Numbered from the stretch's first letter, positions 48,589 through 58,963 are shown. The stretch: DNA of 64,000 bases from Candidatus Aenigmatarchaeota archaeon (GCA_043801595.1 JAZDLW010000022.1:5526-69525); one strand, 5' to 3'. Translations and numbers: made by a program. The notes: generated by a model not told the origin, from the letters alone.

Positions 48589-50862
48589 ATGGCTCTACGT
48601 TTCGAGTACAATCCGCAGGATAATTCCATACGGCTGAACACGCTCGGTACGCTTTACGGCTCAAGCCTCGAGGACTTTGACGCCATAATGGCGGCAGCTA
48701 TTGATAAAATAATCGAGGTAAAGAAAGTTTCGCGGATCGTGCTTGCGGAAACGCGTGAATACGAGTATGACTGGGAACAAACAAAGCTTCTTGTCGAAAT
48801 TGCCGAAGCACTGGATGAGATAGTAAAAGGAAGGAGATTGCTGACCATTTCTGCGCTGTCGCCGCCAAACTGCGACAAGCACACGCAAGAGCGAAGCCAC
48901 AACGTGCAGCGCATTGTAATAGATTTGATGCGGCGCGACCCGATCGGAGCGTATGCGGAGGTATTGAGGGAGATCAGACAGGCGAAAATAGACGCGAAGA
49001 AGAACCCATATCACATCCAGTGCTACGCGTATTATGTGAACAATTCGCTGCTTCCAATCCAGCGTGCGATGGAATCCACGACGCTGATACAACTCGTAAA
49101 GGATAATATCGCAGGCTATCATATCGGCGACAGGAGCCTTTACAGGGATATATTTCATCCAACAGTACGGCCGAATTTCATGCTAACAAGGTACATGTCC
49201 GCCACGCCCGCAAACGGCCAGGCGGTTGACAGGTACAAAATCGGCGACATAGATGTTGAGATATTCCGCGTTCCAACAAAATCGGAATTGGTCTATCACG
49301 TTATTCCGCCTGAATTTCAGTTAACAGAGGATAAGTACATGTTGCTGGATGCGGCCAGAAGATATATGGCAGCACACAGGCCCATTGAAACGGAGTTTTC
49401 CGATCCCGAGCGGGCGCGCGAGATATTCGCAAACATAGGGCGCGACATGATACGCGATTTGTCAACGAACATGGGAATATTTTTGAGCCCGGGCGAGACC
49501 GAGAATATAACCAAAATCCTGACGCGTTACACAGCAGGCTACGGAGTTTTGGAAATTTTACTGGCCGACGAAAAGATACAGGACATATATATCAATTCGC
49601 CTATCGGACAAAATCCCATATACATCACGCATTCCGATTACAACGAGTGCGCAACCAATCTTATTCCCACAAAGGATGACGCTGAATCGTGGGCAACGAG
49701 ATTCAGAATAGCGTCTGGACGGCCGTTAGACGAGGCGAACCCGGTCCTTGACACGGATATAATAGTTCCTGGCGGGCGCGCGAGAGTTGCTGCGATAACA
49801 AAGACTTTGTCGCCTGAAGGGCTGGCGTTCGCGTTCCGAAGACACAGGGATAAACCTTGGACGCTACCGTTGTTCATAAAAAGCGGGATGATAAATCCGC
49901 TGTTCGCGGGCGTGATGAGTTTTTTAGTCGATGGTTCAGCGTCTATGCTGATCGCAGGCGGTCGAGGATCCGGAAAGACGTCGCTGTTAAACGCCCTGAT
50001 GCTTGAGATCTCGCCGAACAAGCGAATACTTACTGTCGAGGATACGATCGAGCTTGCGGTCGATTACATGAGAAAGCTCGGGTACAACATCGAACGATTG
50101 AAGTCGCGTTCGGTGATTACGCACATCGAAACTGAGATGGCTGCGGATGAGGCGTTGCGAACTGCGCTGCGTCTCGGCGATTCCTCGTTAATAGTGGGCG
50201 AAGTGCGTTCGATCGAGGCGAAAGCGCTGTACGAGGCAATGCGAATAGGCGCTTTATCGAACATTGTCGCAGGCACAATACACGGCGAATCGCCGTACGG
50301 CGTTTACGACCGAGTTGTGAACGATCTCGGCGTTCCGCCGACAAGTTTCAAAGCGACGGATATAATCGTTATTGCGAAAATGCTCCATTCCGCCGACGGT
50401 TTGCACAGGTTCCGGCGCGTAACGGAATTGACAGAAGTGCGCAAGCACTGGAAAAACGACCCGTACGAAGAAAAGGGATTTGTAAACCTCATGGAATATT
50501 CGGCTGCTAACGACGCACTGAAGGCCACTGATGTTCTGTCTACGGGCGAGTCGGAAATAATAAACCGGATAGCTTCGTCAACGCGCGAGTGGGAAGGAAA
50601 ATGGGAGGATGTATGGGAAAACATACAGCTTCGCGCGAACATCAAAAAAGCAATGGTCGACTACTCCACCAAACTCAATCTTCCGGAAATAATCGAGGCG
50701 CCGTGGGTGATACAATCCAACGAATGTTTCCATATAATCAGTTCGAAAATCAAGGAAGATACGGGTTACATGGATCCGAAGGAAATATTCTCCAGGTGGG
50801 ATAAATGGTTTGGCACAAAAATAAAGGAGTATATTCCGAAATTGGCGACAAAGGCAAGATGA
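48589..50862 (+). CDS. Type IV pilus/archaellum-type secretion ATPase (GspE/VirB11/FlaI family) with an N-terminal extension of about 300 aa
   Basis: Walker A GGRGSGKTSLLNAL, Walker B region SLIVGEVRSIEA, His-box-like AGTIHGESP. 757 aa. Confidence 0.9.
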   Translation: MALRFEYNPQDNSIRLNTLGTLYGSSLEDFDAIMAAAIDKIIEVKKVSRIVLAETREYEYDWEQTKLLVEIAEALDEIVKGRRLLTISALSPPNCDKHTQERSHNVQRIVIDLMRRDPIGAYAEVLREIRQAKIDAKKNPYHIQCYAYYVNNSLLPIQRAMESTTLIQLVKDNIAGYHIGDRSLYRDIFHPTVRPNFMLTRYMSATPANGQAVDRYKIGDIDVEIFRVPTKSELVYHVIPPEFQLTEDKYMLLDAARRYMAAHRPIETEFSDPERAREIFANIGRDMIRDLSTNMGIFLSPGETENITKILTRYTAGYGVLEILLADEKIQDIYINSPIGQNPIYITHSDYNECATNLIPTKDDAESWATRFRIASGRPLDEANPVLDTDIIVPGGRARVAAITKTLSPEGLAFAFRRHRDKPWTLPLFIKSGMINPLFAGVMSFLVDGSASMLIAGGRGSGKTSLLNALMLEISPNKRILTVEDTIELAVDYMRKLGYNIERLKSRSVITHIETEMAADEALRTALRLGDSSLIVGEVRSIEAKALYEAMRIGALSNIVAGTIHGESPYGVYDRVVNDLGVPPTSFKATDIIVIAKMLHSADGLHRFRRVTELTEVRKHWKNDPYEEKGFVNLMEYSAANDALKATDVLSTGESEIINRIASSTREWEGKWEDVWENIQLRANIKKAMVDYSTKLNLPEIIEAPWVIQSNECFHIISSKIKEDTGYMDPKEIFSRWDKWFGTKIKEYIPKLATKAR

Positions 50863-52931
50863 GCGTAATGGGCGACAACTCTTTGGATAAGGACGAGCTG
50901 GCACGGATTGCGAAAGAATATGCGCCCAGAATTTTCGAGGATTATGAAAAGAGGCCCGAGGAATTCGTTTCACGTGACTATAAAGTATTCAAGAGCGAGG
51001 AAGCCAGCTCCAAAAAAAATCTTACGCCTTACGAATTACTTTGCAGCGTTGCTGAAAAAATAATCAAAGTGCAGCCTTCGAAAGGCTCTTCCGAAGACCT
51101 GACAAAATCAATAGAATTTTCCGGAATGCGGTGCACGCCGGCTGGCGTGTTGTCCGCAGCGTTCATATCAACTATACTCTTCATTTTTTTATCAGCAACC
51201 ATCACGCTTATCGGATTAGTGCCGATACCACTCGGACTGACCATGGTAATTTTCTCAATGTTCGCAGGTTTTTACATCGTGCATTACCCCAAAAAGCGCG
51301 CCAAAGACCTGCGTGTACGCGCATCCGAGGAGATCGTTCTGTCAATAGTCTACATGGTAATATCCATGCGGATTGTCCCGAACCTTGAGAATGCGATAAA
51401 GTTCGTTGCGACCAATCTGGCAGGACCGTTGGCAATGGACTTCCGCAAGCTTCTATGGGACATATACATGAGAAAAGAGGAGAACACGGACAAGGCGCTC
51501 GGCAAATACATCGATATGAGATGGAAGAACGAGAACGAGGAATTTTCCTCCGCATTAAACCTTATACGCAATTCCGTTGACCAGCCTGAACAAAAGCGTC
51601 TCGCCATGCTCGACGAGTCTGTTGACGTAATATTGAAAGGGACAAAGGAAAGGATGAATCACTATGCACACAACTTGCAAATGCCATTGCTGATAATACA
51701 CGCAATGGGAATAATGCTTCCGGTGATAGGGCTTGTTTTGTTCCCGGTTCTCGTGATGTTTTTATCAAATCTCATCCAGCCGTATATGCTATTCCTGGGG
51801 TACGACGTTTTCCTTTTCCTCGGGCTGTGGTGGTATACGTCGAACGTTTTGTCGACAAAGCCGCCGACACTCTCAAAGCCTGATGTTTCTAAGCATCCGG
51901 ATACGCCGAAGGCAGGATATTTCCGGCTAAGAATTTTCGGAAAAAAATTGAACGTAAGGACGGCTATACCTCCGTCAATACTTTTTGTAACACTGTTTGC
52001 CATAGGCGTTAACGGAATGACAAACAATGCGGCAACGTCGTTCATCAAGGTGATATATTCCGTTGTCATCATCGCGGCGTTTTCGCTTTCAATATCGTTT
52101 TACGCGTTTTTGGAATCTTTCCAGCGTACATACGTGCGGAAAAAAATAATGAGCGTCGAATCCGAGTTTGCGGAAGCTTTATTCCACCTTGGAAACCAAT
52201 TGTCTTCCGGAATTCCGATAGAGAATGCTATTGATAAAAACCAGGAGAAGATACGCGACCTGAGTATATCAGATTTCTTCGAGCGCATTGTGCAAAACAT
52301 CAAACGCATGGGCATGACGTTTGAGCAGGCGATTTTTGACAAGAACAACGGCGCTGTCTGGTATTACCCGTCGAGTCTGATCATATCGGTGATGAAAGTG
52401 ATTGTCGAGGCTGTGCGAAAGGGCGTTTACAATGCATCGCAGTCAATGCTTTCGATATCAAGATACCTCAAGGACGTGCATTCGATAGAAGAGGAGCTGC
52501 GTTCGGTATTGGGAGAAAGCACAACGAGCATGAAATTTTTAGGAGCGGTTCTTGCGCCGTTGGTAGCAGGCGTGACAGTAACGCTGGCATTGGTAATGCT
52601 CGACATAATCAAGGCGCTCGGAGAGAAGATTGCGATATTAACATCGCAGGGTGGGGCGACAAGCCTTCCGTTATTCTTAACAATCGGAATGGACAAAGGT
52701 GCGGTTACTGCGGAAATATTCCAGCTTGTTGTCGGGATATACATGCTTGAGGTGGCAGGATTGTTATCGTATTTCGTAAGCAGGATCGAAACAGGGGAAG
52801 ACAAGATCAACTTTTACAGTACGCTCGCGCTTAACATGTTCATATCGTTTGCCGTTTATTCCATAACAATCCTGATAGTTTATTCGACGTTCGGAGCGCA
52901 GATACAGAGCGCGATAATTGGAGGGGTTTGA
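50859..52931 (+). CDS. FlaJ/TadC/PilC-like polytopic membrane platform protein
   Basis: Start set at ATG 50859 (ATGA overlap with the ATPase stop). Alternating cytoplasmic helical domains and TM clusters. Position next to the ATPase supports the call. Confidence 0.65.
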   Translation: MSVMGDNSLDKDELARIAKEYAPRIFEDYEKRPEEFVSRDYKVFKSEEASSKKNLTPYELLCSVAEKIIKVQPSKGSSEDLTKSIEFSGMRCTPAGVLSAAFISTILFIFLSATITLIGLVPIPLGLTMVIFSMFAGFYIVHYPKKRAKDLRVRASEEIVLSIVYMVISMRIVPNLENAIKFVATNLAGPLAMDFRKLLWDIYMRKEENTDKALGKYIDMRWKNENEEFSSALNLIRNSVDQPEQKRLAMLDESVDVILKGTKERMNHYAHNLQMPLLIIHAMGIMLPVIGLVLFPVLVMFLSNLIQPYMLFLGYDVFLFLGLWWYTSNVLSTKPPTLSKPDVSKHPDTPKAGYFRLRIFGKKLNVRTAIPPSILFVTLFAIGVNGMTNNAATSFIKVIYSVVIIAAFSLSISFYAFLESFQRTYVRKKIMSVESEFAEALFHLGNQLSSGIPIENAIDKNQEKIRDLSISDFFERIVQNIKRMGMTFEQAIFDKNNGAVWYYPSSLIISVMKVIVEAVRKGVYNASQSMLSISRYLKDVHSIEEELRSVLGESTTSMKFLGAVLAPLVAGVTVTLALVMLDIIKALGEKIAILTSQGGATSLPLFLTIGMDKGAVTAEIFQLVVGIYMLEVAGLLSYFVSRIETGEDKINFYSTLALNMFISFAVYSITILIVYSTFGAQIQSAIIGGV

Positions 52932-53359
52932 TGCCGTCGGACAATGTTCGCTTCATGTTCTGGATCGCGATAGCTTTGATGTTCATGCTTGTGTTTTTCG
53001 GAATAGCAAACATACTGTTGCCCAGATTAATAATTTACAGTCAGCTGCCTGATACCGAGAGATCGCTTTATTCGGACAGCGGCGACGAGGCTGCGCTGCG
53101 CATTGTGAACGGCGTATGCAATCTGTGGAATGCCAAAGTCAGCTTCGATTCAGGCTTCGAGAGCGTTGTCGACTACAGAATAACATCCGGTTCAGCGGGA
53201 GAGACGCAGATCGGCGTTAAGTTCAGTTCAGTATGCCCGGAAATAGGCGACCACTGGAGATATGCGGGAGTTACGATGAGTGCGGAGAACACGTACGAGG
53301 TCAGAATAACACTGGACAGCGGTACGTCGAAGATAATCATTAATGTGAAAAAGAAGTAG
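52928..53359 (+). CDS. N-terminally anchored pilus-operon protein (143 aa)
   Basis: ATGA overlap with the upstream stop. Hydrophobic N-terminus FMFWIAIALMFMLVFFGIANILL. Confidence 0.55.
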   Translation: MMPSDNVRFMFWIAIALMFMLVFFGIANILLPRLIIYSQLPDTERSLYSDSGDEAALRIVNGVCNLWNAKVSFDSGFESVVDYRITSGSAGETQIGVKFSSVCPEIGDHWRYAGVTMSAENTYEVRITLDSGTSKIIINVKKK

Positions 53360-53366
53360 TGAATAT

Positions 53367-53591
53367 ATGATAACAGCGGAAAGCGCAAAGATAATGTTCA
53401 TTGCGATAATCGCAATAGTCGTGCTGACTGTAGTATTGGTTGTCGCGGTCGCACTGCAGGCTGCAACGCCGAGCGCAAACGTGTCAACGTGCGACGTGAT
53501 TGAGGGAAGCGGGGTTGTTGGAAAAGGTATCTGCTATCCGCTAAAGGCAGCGACATGGGTTTATTCAAAAACAATAGGCGTGATAAAATGA
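53367..53591 (+). CDS. Small N-terminally anchored pilus-operon protein (74 aa)
   Basis: IMFIAIIAIVVLTVVLVVAVAL helix followed by a short Cys-containing tail. Confidence 0.5.
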   Translation: MITAESAKIMFIAIIAIVVLTVVLVVAVALQAATPSANVSTCDVIEGSGVVGKGICYPLKAATWVYSKTIGVIK

Positions 53592-53788
53592 ATAAAAAAG
53601 GCATGACAACGGCAATGCTCGTAATACTGGGAGCGGTCGTAGTATCATTGATGGTTCTTGGCGTATTCCTGCTATTCTTTAACGAGGAATCGCAAACTGG
53701 CGGTTTTGCGGTTGTGTTTGCAAAAGGCATATGCGGTTTTCTAGCAAACGTAATAGGCGGTTTTGGCGCTGCGATATGCAACCTGTGA
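53588..53788 (+). CDS. Small pilin-like protein with class III signal-peptide-like N-terminus
   Basis: Start at ATG 53588 (ATGA overlap). MNKKG/MTTAMLVILGAVVVSLMVLGVFLL. Confidence 0.55.
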   Translation: MNKKGMTTAMLVILGAVVVSLMVLGVFLLFFNEESQTGGFAVVFAKGICGFLANVIGGFGAAICNL

Positions 53789-53828
53789 TGGTTTATAATC
53801 GTAAAAAATAATACTAAGAAGGATGTAT

Positions 53829-55040
53829 ATGCGAAAAGGAATGTCGGCTGGTGCGCTGGCGCTGATGGGTGGGATAGCGTTGCTGCTTCTCGTGTTGATT
53901 ATCAATGCTGCGCTGGATCCGACGTCCGGTTTTCGCGACTTCCTGAAAAAAGTGCCGTGGTTAAATAAAATCGTCGCGCCAGGCTCTTCTGACGGGGATA
54001 CGACGCCTGCGCCAATTCCCACAGACTCTTTCAAGGATTATCCGAGTTGGAGCTCGCTTTCAATATCTCCGACAGCACCGGCAATAAAATGGTCGTCTCC
54101 AACAGATTCCGCAGATGCATGCAAAGTTAAAATCGAATCATTGTTCGATCCTGTTAAAAATCCCAATTTCAACAGCTTCCGTGATATTTGTTTGTACGCG
54201 ACTTCAGATTTTCTATCGGAACCGTTCGATCTTGGCACAAACTGCAAAGTGGAGGCGAGCACACTCGTAAGCTACGTATCGTCTGTTTGCCGTTCGCAAG
54301 TCGGTGTGTTCGGCCTTGACCACAGAACATGGTTGCTTCCTACCAAAAATTGCGGGCAGACCCACAGGGACAAATTCAATGACATAAGATTCAACTGTGG
54401 GCTGGACAACGTGTGTTCGGGAGTTGTGCGATTATACTACAACAAGGATGACAAAGGCGTAGGGATCTGCGACGGAAATTCCGATATTCCGGCAATAAAA
54501 GACGCTCCTACAGCCAAAACGACGATCATAAAATGGCTCGATGACAGGATAAAGGATTCGGAGCAAAGCGGTGCGGGATCCGAAATGTGCGATTCTTTCA
54601 GCGATTGCACAATGGTGATAAATATTCCTGAGCCAGGGATACCGATAAACGAGCTTACGACAGCGATAATAGAGAATGTTAGGATTGACATGGGCGTTGA
54701 CAACGCATTTGCTGACGGTGCGAAATATCTGGAGTATGGGAGCGGAAAACCTTCCTGCGGTTCTTGCTGGCTACCATGGAATTTACCATGCTGCTTATCA
54801 GGAGGTTATGTCAGAGACGGCGTGGGACTAGATTTTTCTTTTTACGATCCTGCGCCTTACCAGTCAACAGGGCTGGCGGTCCCATGCGCAGTTCCAAAAT
54901 CGGAAAATCTCGGCTATAACTGCGGTTCGAACAATGTGTGCACGGGTGATATCAGGGTAACATACGGCTGCTCGTTTGCAGGTTCCTGCGGTAAAGATAA
55001 TAAACAGAGATTCATCGGCGTATGCGAAAAACCACCATAG
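53829..55040 (+). CDS. Cys-rich secreted pilin-like protein (about 403 aa)
   Basis: MRKG/MSAGALALMGGIALLLLVLII, then about 24 Cys. Internal repeat FNCGLDNVCSGVVRLYY / YNCGSNNVCTGDIRVTY. ATG 53823 is an alternative start. Confidence 0.65.
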   Translation: MRKGMSAGALALMGGIALLLLVLIINAALDPTSGFRDFLKKVPWLNKIVAPGSSDGDTTPAPIPTDSFKDYPSWSSLSISPTAPAIKWSSPTDSADACKVKIESLFDPVKNPNFNSFRDICLYATSDFLSEPFDLGTNCKVEASTLVSYVSSVCRSQVGVFGLDHRTWLLPTKNCGQTHRDKFNDIRFNCGLDNVCSGVVRLYYNKDDKGVGICDGNSDIPAIKDAPTAKTTIIKWLDDRIKDSEQSGAGSEMCDSFSDCTMVINIPEPGIPINELTTAIIENVRIDMGVDNAFADGAKYLEYGSGKPSCGSCWLPWNLPCCLSGGYVRDGVGLDFSFYDPAPYQSTGLAVPCAVPKSENLGYNCGSNNVCTGDIRVTYGCSFAGSCGKDNKQRFIGVCEKPP

Positions 55041-55071
55041 GATTGTAGTCATGGACCACTAAAAGATATTT

Positions 55072-55392
55072 ATGAAAGCATTAACAGAGGCGACATTGGC
55101 TGTGCTGATAGGTTTTATCATTGCGCTGGTTTTCGCGTTCCTGATGCTAGGCTGGGTCGAAAACAGCGGCGACAACATAGAACGCGAACGGAGCAAACTC
55201 GCGTCAACAGCAGGATGTCTGACAAAAGAAAACGCGTGCGGATTCGATGATAACAAAGCGTGCGTGTACACGCTTGACGGGCAAAATGCATGCGGCTGCC
55301 GCGCATGGTTAGGGATCGATAAAAACGGCGATTGCGCCGAAGGAAAGAAATGCAGTTCGGAAAGAGGGACGAATTATGGTTTCTGTGTTTAA
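55072..55392 (+). CDS. Cys-rich N-terminally anchored pilus-operon protein (106 aa)
   Basis: ATLAVLIGFIIALVFAFLML helix. 9 Cys in the C-terminal 60 aa. Confidence 0.55.
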   Translation: MKALTEATLAVLIGFIIALVFAFLMLGWVENSGDNIERERSKLASTAGCLTKENACGFDDNKACVYTLDGQNACGCRAWLGIDKNGDCAEGKKCSSERGTNYGFCV

Positions 55393-55567
55393 GGGTGAAA
55401 GCGATCAGGCGCTGATGATGGTTCTTGTAATTGTTGGTTTCGTTATCCTGCTCGGAATAGCAATAGCGCTGGTTGTTGTAATCGGAAGACCGAGCGCGAT
55501 GAACGCTGTTCCGCTGATCGGAAACTCGCTTTGCGATCTTTTGAAAGGATTAAGGGTGAAATGCTGA
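55376..55567 (+). CDS. Small pilin-like protein (63 aa)
   Basis: MVSVFKG/ESDQALMMVLVIVGFVILLGIAIALVVV. Overlaps the upstream gene by 17 nt. Confidence 0.45.
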   Translation: MVSVFKGESDQALMMVLVIVGFVILLGIAIALVVVIGRPSAMNAVPLIGNSLCDLLKGLRVKC

Positions 55568-55900
55568 ATGCCGGAACAGGGAATAGATCTTATGATGGTC
55601 GTCGTAGGTACGATCGTTTTGCTGGCGGTAATAATAGGATTGGTTTTTTTAGGCGTTATCGGGCCGATTGACAGCACGAAAAAAGGAAGGAATATGGAGT
55701 TCGCTTGCACGCAATACCAAGGCGAGATAGGGTGTGCGAGAAGCGAATGCACGACCGCGTACGATTCTACTGCGTGCAGAATTTTGCTTGCAAATACAAA
55801 ATACGGCGCAAATTCAATAAGCGTCTGGGAAACCTGCAATTCGATAGGAATAAACGATCCCAAAAACTGCCATATAAGATGCTGCGGAAAGACGGGATGA
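55568..55900 (+). CDS. Cys-rich pilin-like protein (110 aa)
   Basis: MPEQG/IDLMMVVVGTIVLLAVIIGLVFLG. 8 Cys, ending CHIRCCGKTG. Confidence 0.55.
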   Translation: MPEQGIDLMMVVVGTIVLLAVIIGLVFLGVIGPIDSTKKGRNMEFACTQYQGEIGCARSECTTAYDSTACRILLANTKYGANSISVWETCNSIGINDPKNCHIRCCGKTG

Positions 55901-55907
55901 TTTTATT

Positions 55908-56252
55908 ATGCGCAAACAAAATAAGTTCATGAAAAAAGGAATGCTGGCAATAGATATGATTATCGTGCTTGCGATAGGCGTAATAATCCTCGCGGTTGTT
56001 GTCGGACTTGTAATATTCGGCGGGCAGCAGCCGGGAAGCGATATTGCGAAGCAGGCGTTCGTGCGATCGTGCTGCCAGTTGAACATGCCGACCACATGTA
56101 CGGCTGACTCTTCAACAATTAACTGTATAATTCCCAAAAGTCTTGAATCGTCGTTCGGTTGTACATCTTCACCGTGCTCTAGGAAGCTGGATTTTGTGGC
56201 AAGTGCGATAGGTATAACATCCAATGTAAAAGCGTTCTGCGGTTGCGGCTGA
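55908..56252 (+). CDS. Cys-rich pilin-like protein, paralog of 61857-62222
   Basis: MKKG/MLAIDMIIVLAIGVIILAVVVGLVIFG (alternative start 55929). DIAKQAFVRSCCQLN parallels QQARANFNNACQILV. Ends FCGCG. Confidence 0.6.
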   Translation: MRKQNKFMKKGMLAIDMIIVLAIGVIILAVVVGLVIFGGQQPGSDIAKQAFVRSCCQLNMPTTCTADSSTINCIIPKSLESSFGCTSSPCSRKLDFVASAIGITSNVKAFCGCG

Positions 56253-56287
56253 AAAACATATTATTAAACAAAATACAATTCTAGTTG

Positions 56288-58963
56288 ATGGACAGCAGAA
56301 AAGGACTGGGCCAAGATACGATATTTCTAATGGTCGGAATCCTGATACTGCTTATTACTGCGTTGGTTATCTACGCGCTAATAGGCGGGCCTTACTGCGA
56401 TGACCTTGCCAAAAAAACCGCTAGCAACATAAAAGTCGCTGTCGATACTGTTGCAACAACAGGAACGTACACGAAAGACAGCCCGTACACGACGTATGCG
56501 ATGTTATGCCAGAATAATGTGAAAAAACCCTTGACGCTTAACCCGGCAGATTATCGTACTTTTTCAGCGCCCGAATACATGATCTACTGGGAGCATTTTC
56601 CAGAGTCTCCGAAAAATATAGCTGAGGGGTTGTACAAATTTGACGAAAGCTATCCGTTCAGCAAAAATATGGCTATGATTCTTGGGACCAATGTCGCGTT
56701 ATCATTTGTAAGCGGAACGCTTTCCTCCTTTGCAAAAACCGCCAAAGGAGCGACTTTGATCAAAGACATATCCAGCAAGATATCGAAATCCACGGCAGGC
56801 AAGGTGGTGGGGCTGTTTTTCAAGCCGTTTGTGATAGGCGGAAAAATCGCAACACTTCCGCTGAAATTAATAGATTATGCTGCAACAATGGCGGCCAAAG
56901 GGATCGTCAAACCCATCGGGTTCATAGTAAAGGTTGCAATTACAAAAACCGGCGTAGGAGAAACCGCAATCGGAAAATGGATAGTTGCCAAGACAGCGCC
57001 AAACATATTCGGCCGTGTGGTGGGGCTGGGCTTCCTCGAATCAATGGGCGAAAGCGCGCTTATACAAATCACAGAGGCTTCGGAAGGAAAAACTGTCAGG
57101 ATGATCCGGATCGTGGATCCGGCTGACTCTTCGAAAATGATCGAAAAAGCCATTGTGCCGGAGATCACAAGGGTTGAGTTCAAGACCACCATTGACAGTT
57201 TAGCCAGCAGCGGCGCAGAGGAGGACAGGATAATAGCGGAAAGATTCAGGGAATTTTTCGCGTACGACAACGACGAAATTGCAAGCGCGGAAAACTTTGA
57301 AAAATCGTTCCAAGAACTGGTGAAAGACTCCGAGAAATTCGACTCAGGTTTTTACGATCTGGTCGGCGGCGCGATGAAAGCGGCCAGAGAATCTTTTGAC
57401 AACACAGCCAAAGACATGGCAAGCCGATACGGTTTATATGCGCACAGACCGATAACGGTTTTCTTTGACCAGAGCGGCTTAACGAGGTTCTCCAATAAAG
57501 TAAATGCTATCGGTACTTTCAGAAAGATGAAGTTTTTCGGTGAAGACGGAAAACTTGTCGATGAAGTGTCAACGAGCATTAAAAAGTCGTTCTCCGATCT
57601 GAAGATAACGACAAAAATGGAAACCGAGGATGATTTTGCCGCAGCTACGGAAAAGTTTTTCGTAAAGGACGGCAAAATGATAGTGGCAAGCGCGGAAACG
57701 GATACGGCTATGCTGTCCTTCCTTGAGTCGGAAATAAAATACGGTGTGGATGGATCCGAAACCGGAATAACAAAAGGTGCGTATTCGAACCTGATGAATG
57801 GCGCAGCCAGCGAAGATGATATTGGGAGCATAGCATCGAGTTTCCATACAAATTATATATCTGAACTTAGAAGCGTCGGGATGTCTGAGGATGCTATAAA
57901 TGCCGCGGAAGGCAAACTGTCAACGTCACAGTATTCCAAGACACTTGTGAGGGATATGGGGAGAGAGTTGAAGTCGGCAAAAGAATTTGCAGTTGACAAT
58001 GACGAAGCGCTTGAAATTGCAATGTTGTCCGCATCTTGGAAACGCGAGCCGGAACAGCTTGCGCTGATGGCGCAGGACGAGTATGAAACAATATTGTGGG
58101 AAGGCAAGGGTACAATCAAATTCATAAAAACGAACATAGCGGCTTTTATGGTCGGTACGGAGACTGAGAATGAATTAAAATATGCGTACCTGAAAGCGCC
58201 GAATGCGGGATGCGAGTCGAACACGGTCTGCTTAAACCAAAAAGGCGTGGAGCAGAAAAAAGTCGATGTTAAAGAATCGGACATAAAAAATTACGAGACC
58301 GCGTATGTTGTTTCGAAAGATGTTATGGTAAGGCTGGAACGGCCCAAAGACGGTCACATCATATCACCTATAGGCGCCGGCATAGGTGCATTCAAATTAA
58401 CGGTAGATCCGCGTTTCCATCTCGTTTCGCCGTGTCTTGCGGAGTTAAAGTTTTATGAGAGCGGCACTGACGCTGAAATGGGCAAGCCGTTGATAATGTC
58501 CGAAGTTGACAGATGCGACCTTTCTTCTAGAAATTCCAATTATTGCTATTTTGACGAAGACAAATTCAACGAAATGGCTGTGGGATTTTATAGCAGTCTG
58601 GCATGTTCTGTCGTAGCCGATATAGGAAAGCTTGCGCTTTTCGGTTTCGTGCTTCAGCCAGCTTGTTCGCTTGCAGAGGTAAAGACCGAGTACGATACAA
58701 CATGGCCGTTCCAGCCTTTCGAGCCGCTGAAAAGAGAGAATATGAATATATTTTCTTGCAACGTTGAAAAAAATCCCAAGGCTGCTGCAAAGCTTGCCGT
58801 AACAGCATGTTGTAATATTGCCAAGTGCGACAGCGGTTATGTATGTTCCGATGTGGAGTATAGCGACAAAAACAAGGTGATCTGCGGAAAAGACAAATGC
58901 ACACTCGCAGACCTTGCGAAGACTGCGGAAGAAGAATATAAAACAACGTGCGGGTGCTCATGA
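56288..58963 (+). CDS. Large (about 891 aa) pilin-like-signal protein, candidate adhesin or tip protein
   Basis: MDSRKG/LGQDTIFLMVGILILLITALVIYA. Long low-Cys central region and a Cys-rich C-terminal 250 aa ending TTCGCS. Confidence 0.65.
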   Translation: MDSRKGLGQDTIFLMVGILILLITALVIYALIGGPYCDDLAKKTASNIKVAVDTVATTGTYTKDSPYTTYAMLCQNNVKKPLTLNPADYRTFSAPEYMIYWEHFPESPKNIAEGLYKFDESYPFSKNMAMILGTNVALSFVSGTLSSFAKTAKGATLIKDISSKISKSTAGKVVGLFFKPFVIGGKIATLPLKLIDYAATMAAKGIVKPIGFIVKVAITKTGVGETAIGKWIVAKTAPNIFGRVVGLGFLESMGESALIQITEASEGKTVRMIRIVDPADSSKMIEKAIVPEITRVEFKTTIDSLASSGAEEDRIIAERFREFFAYDNDEIASAENFEKSFQELVKDSEKFDSGFYDLVGGAMKAARESFDNTAKDMASRYGLYAHRPITVFFDQSGLTRFSNKVNAIGTFRKMKFFGEDGKLVDEVSTSIKKSFSDLKITTKMETEDDFAAATEKFFVKDGKMIVASAETDTAMLSFLESEIKYGVDGSETGITKGAYSNLMNGAASEDDIGSIASSFHTNYISELRSVGMSEDAINAAEGKLSTSQYSKTLVRDMGRELKSAKEFAVDNDEALEIAMLSASWKREPEQLALMAQDEYETILWEGKGTIKFIKTNIAAFMVGTETENELKYAYLKAPNAGCESNTVCLNQKGVEQKKVDVKESDIKNYETAYVVSKDVMVRLERPKDGHIISPIGAGIGAFKLTVDPRFHLVSPCLAELKFYESGTDAEMGKPLIMSEVDRCDLSSRNSNYCYFDEDKFNEMAVGFYSSLACSVVADIGKLALFGFVLQPACSLAEVKTEYDTTWPFQPFEPLKRENMNIFSCNVEKNPKAAAKLAVTACCNIAKCDSGYVCSDVEYSDKNKVICGKDKCTLADLAKTAEEEYKTTCGCS

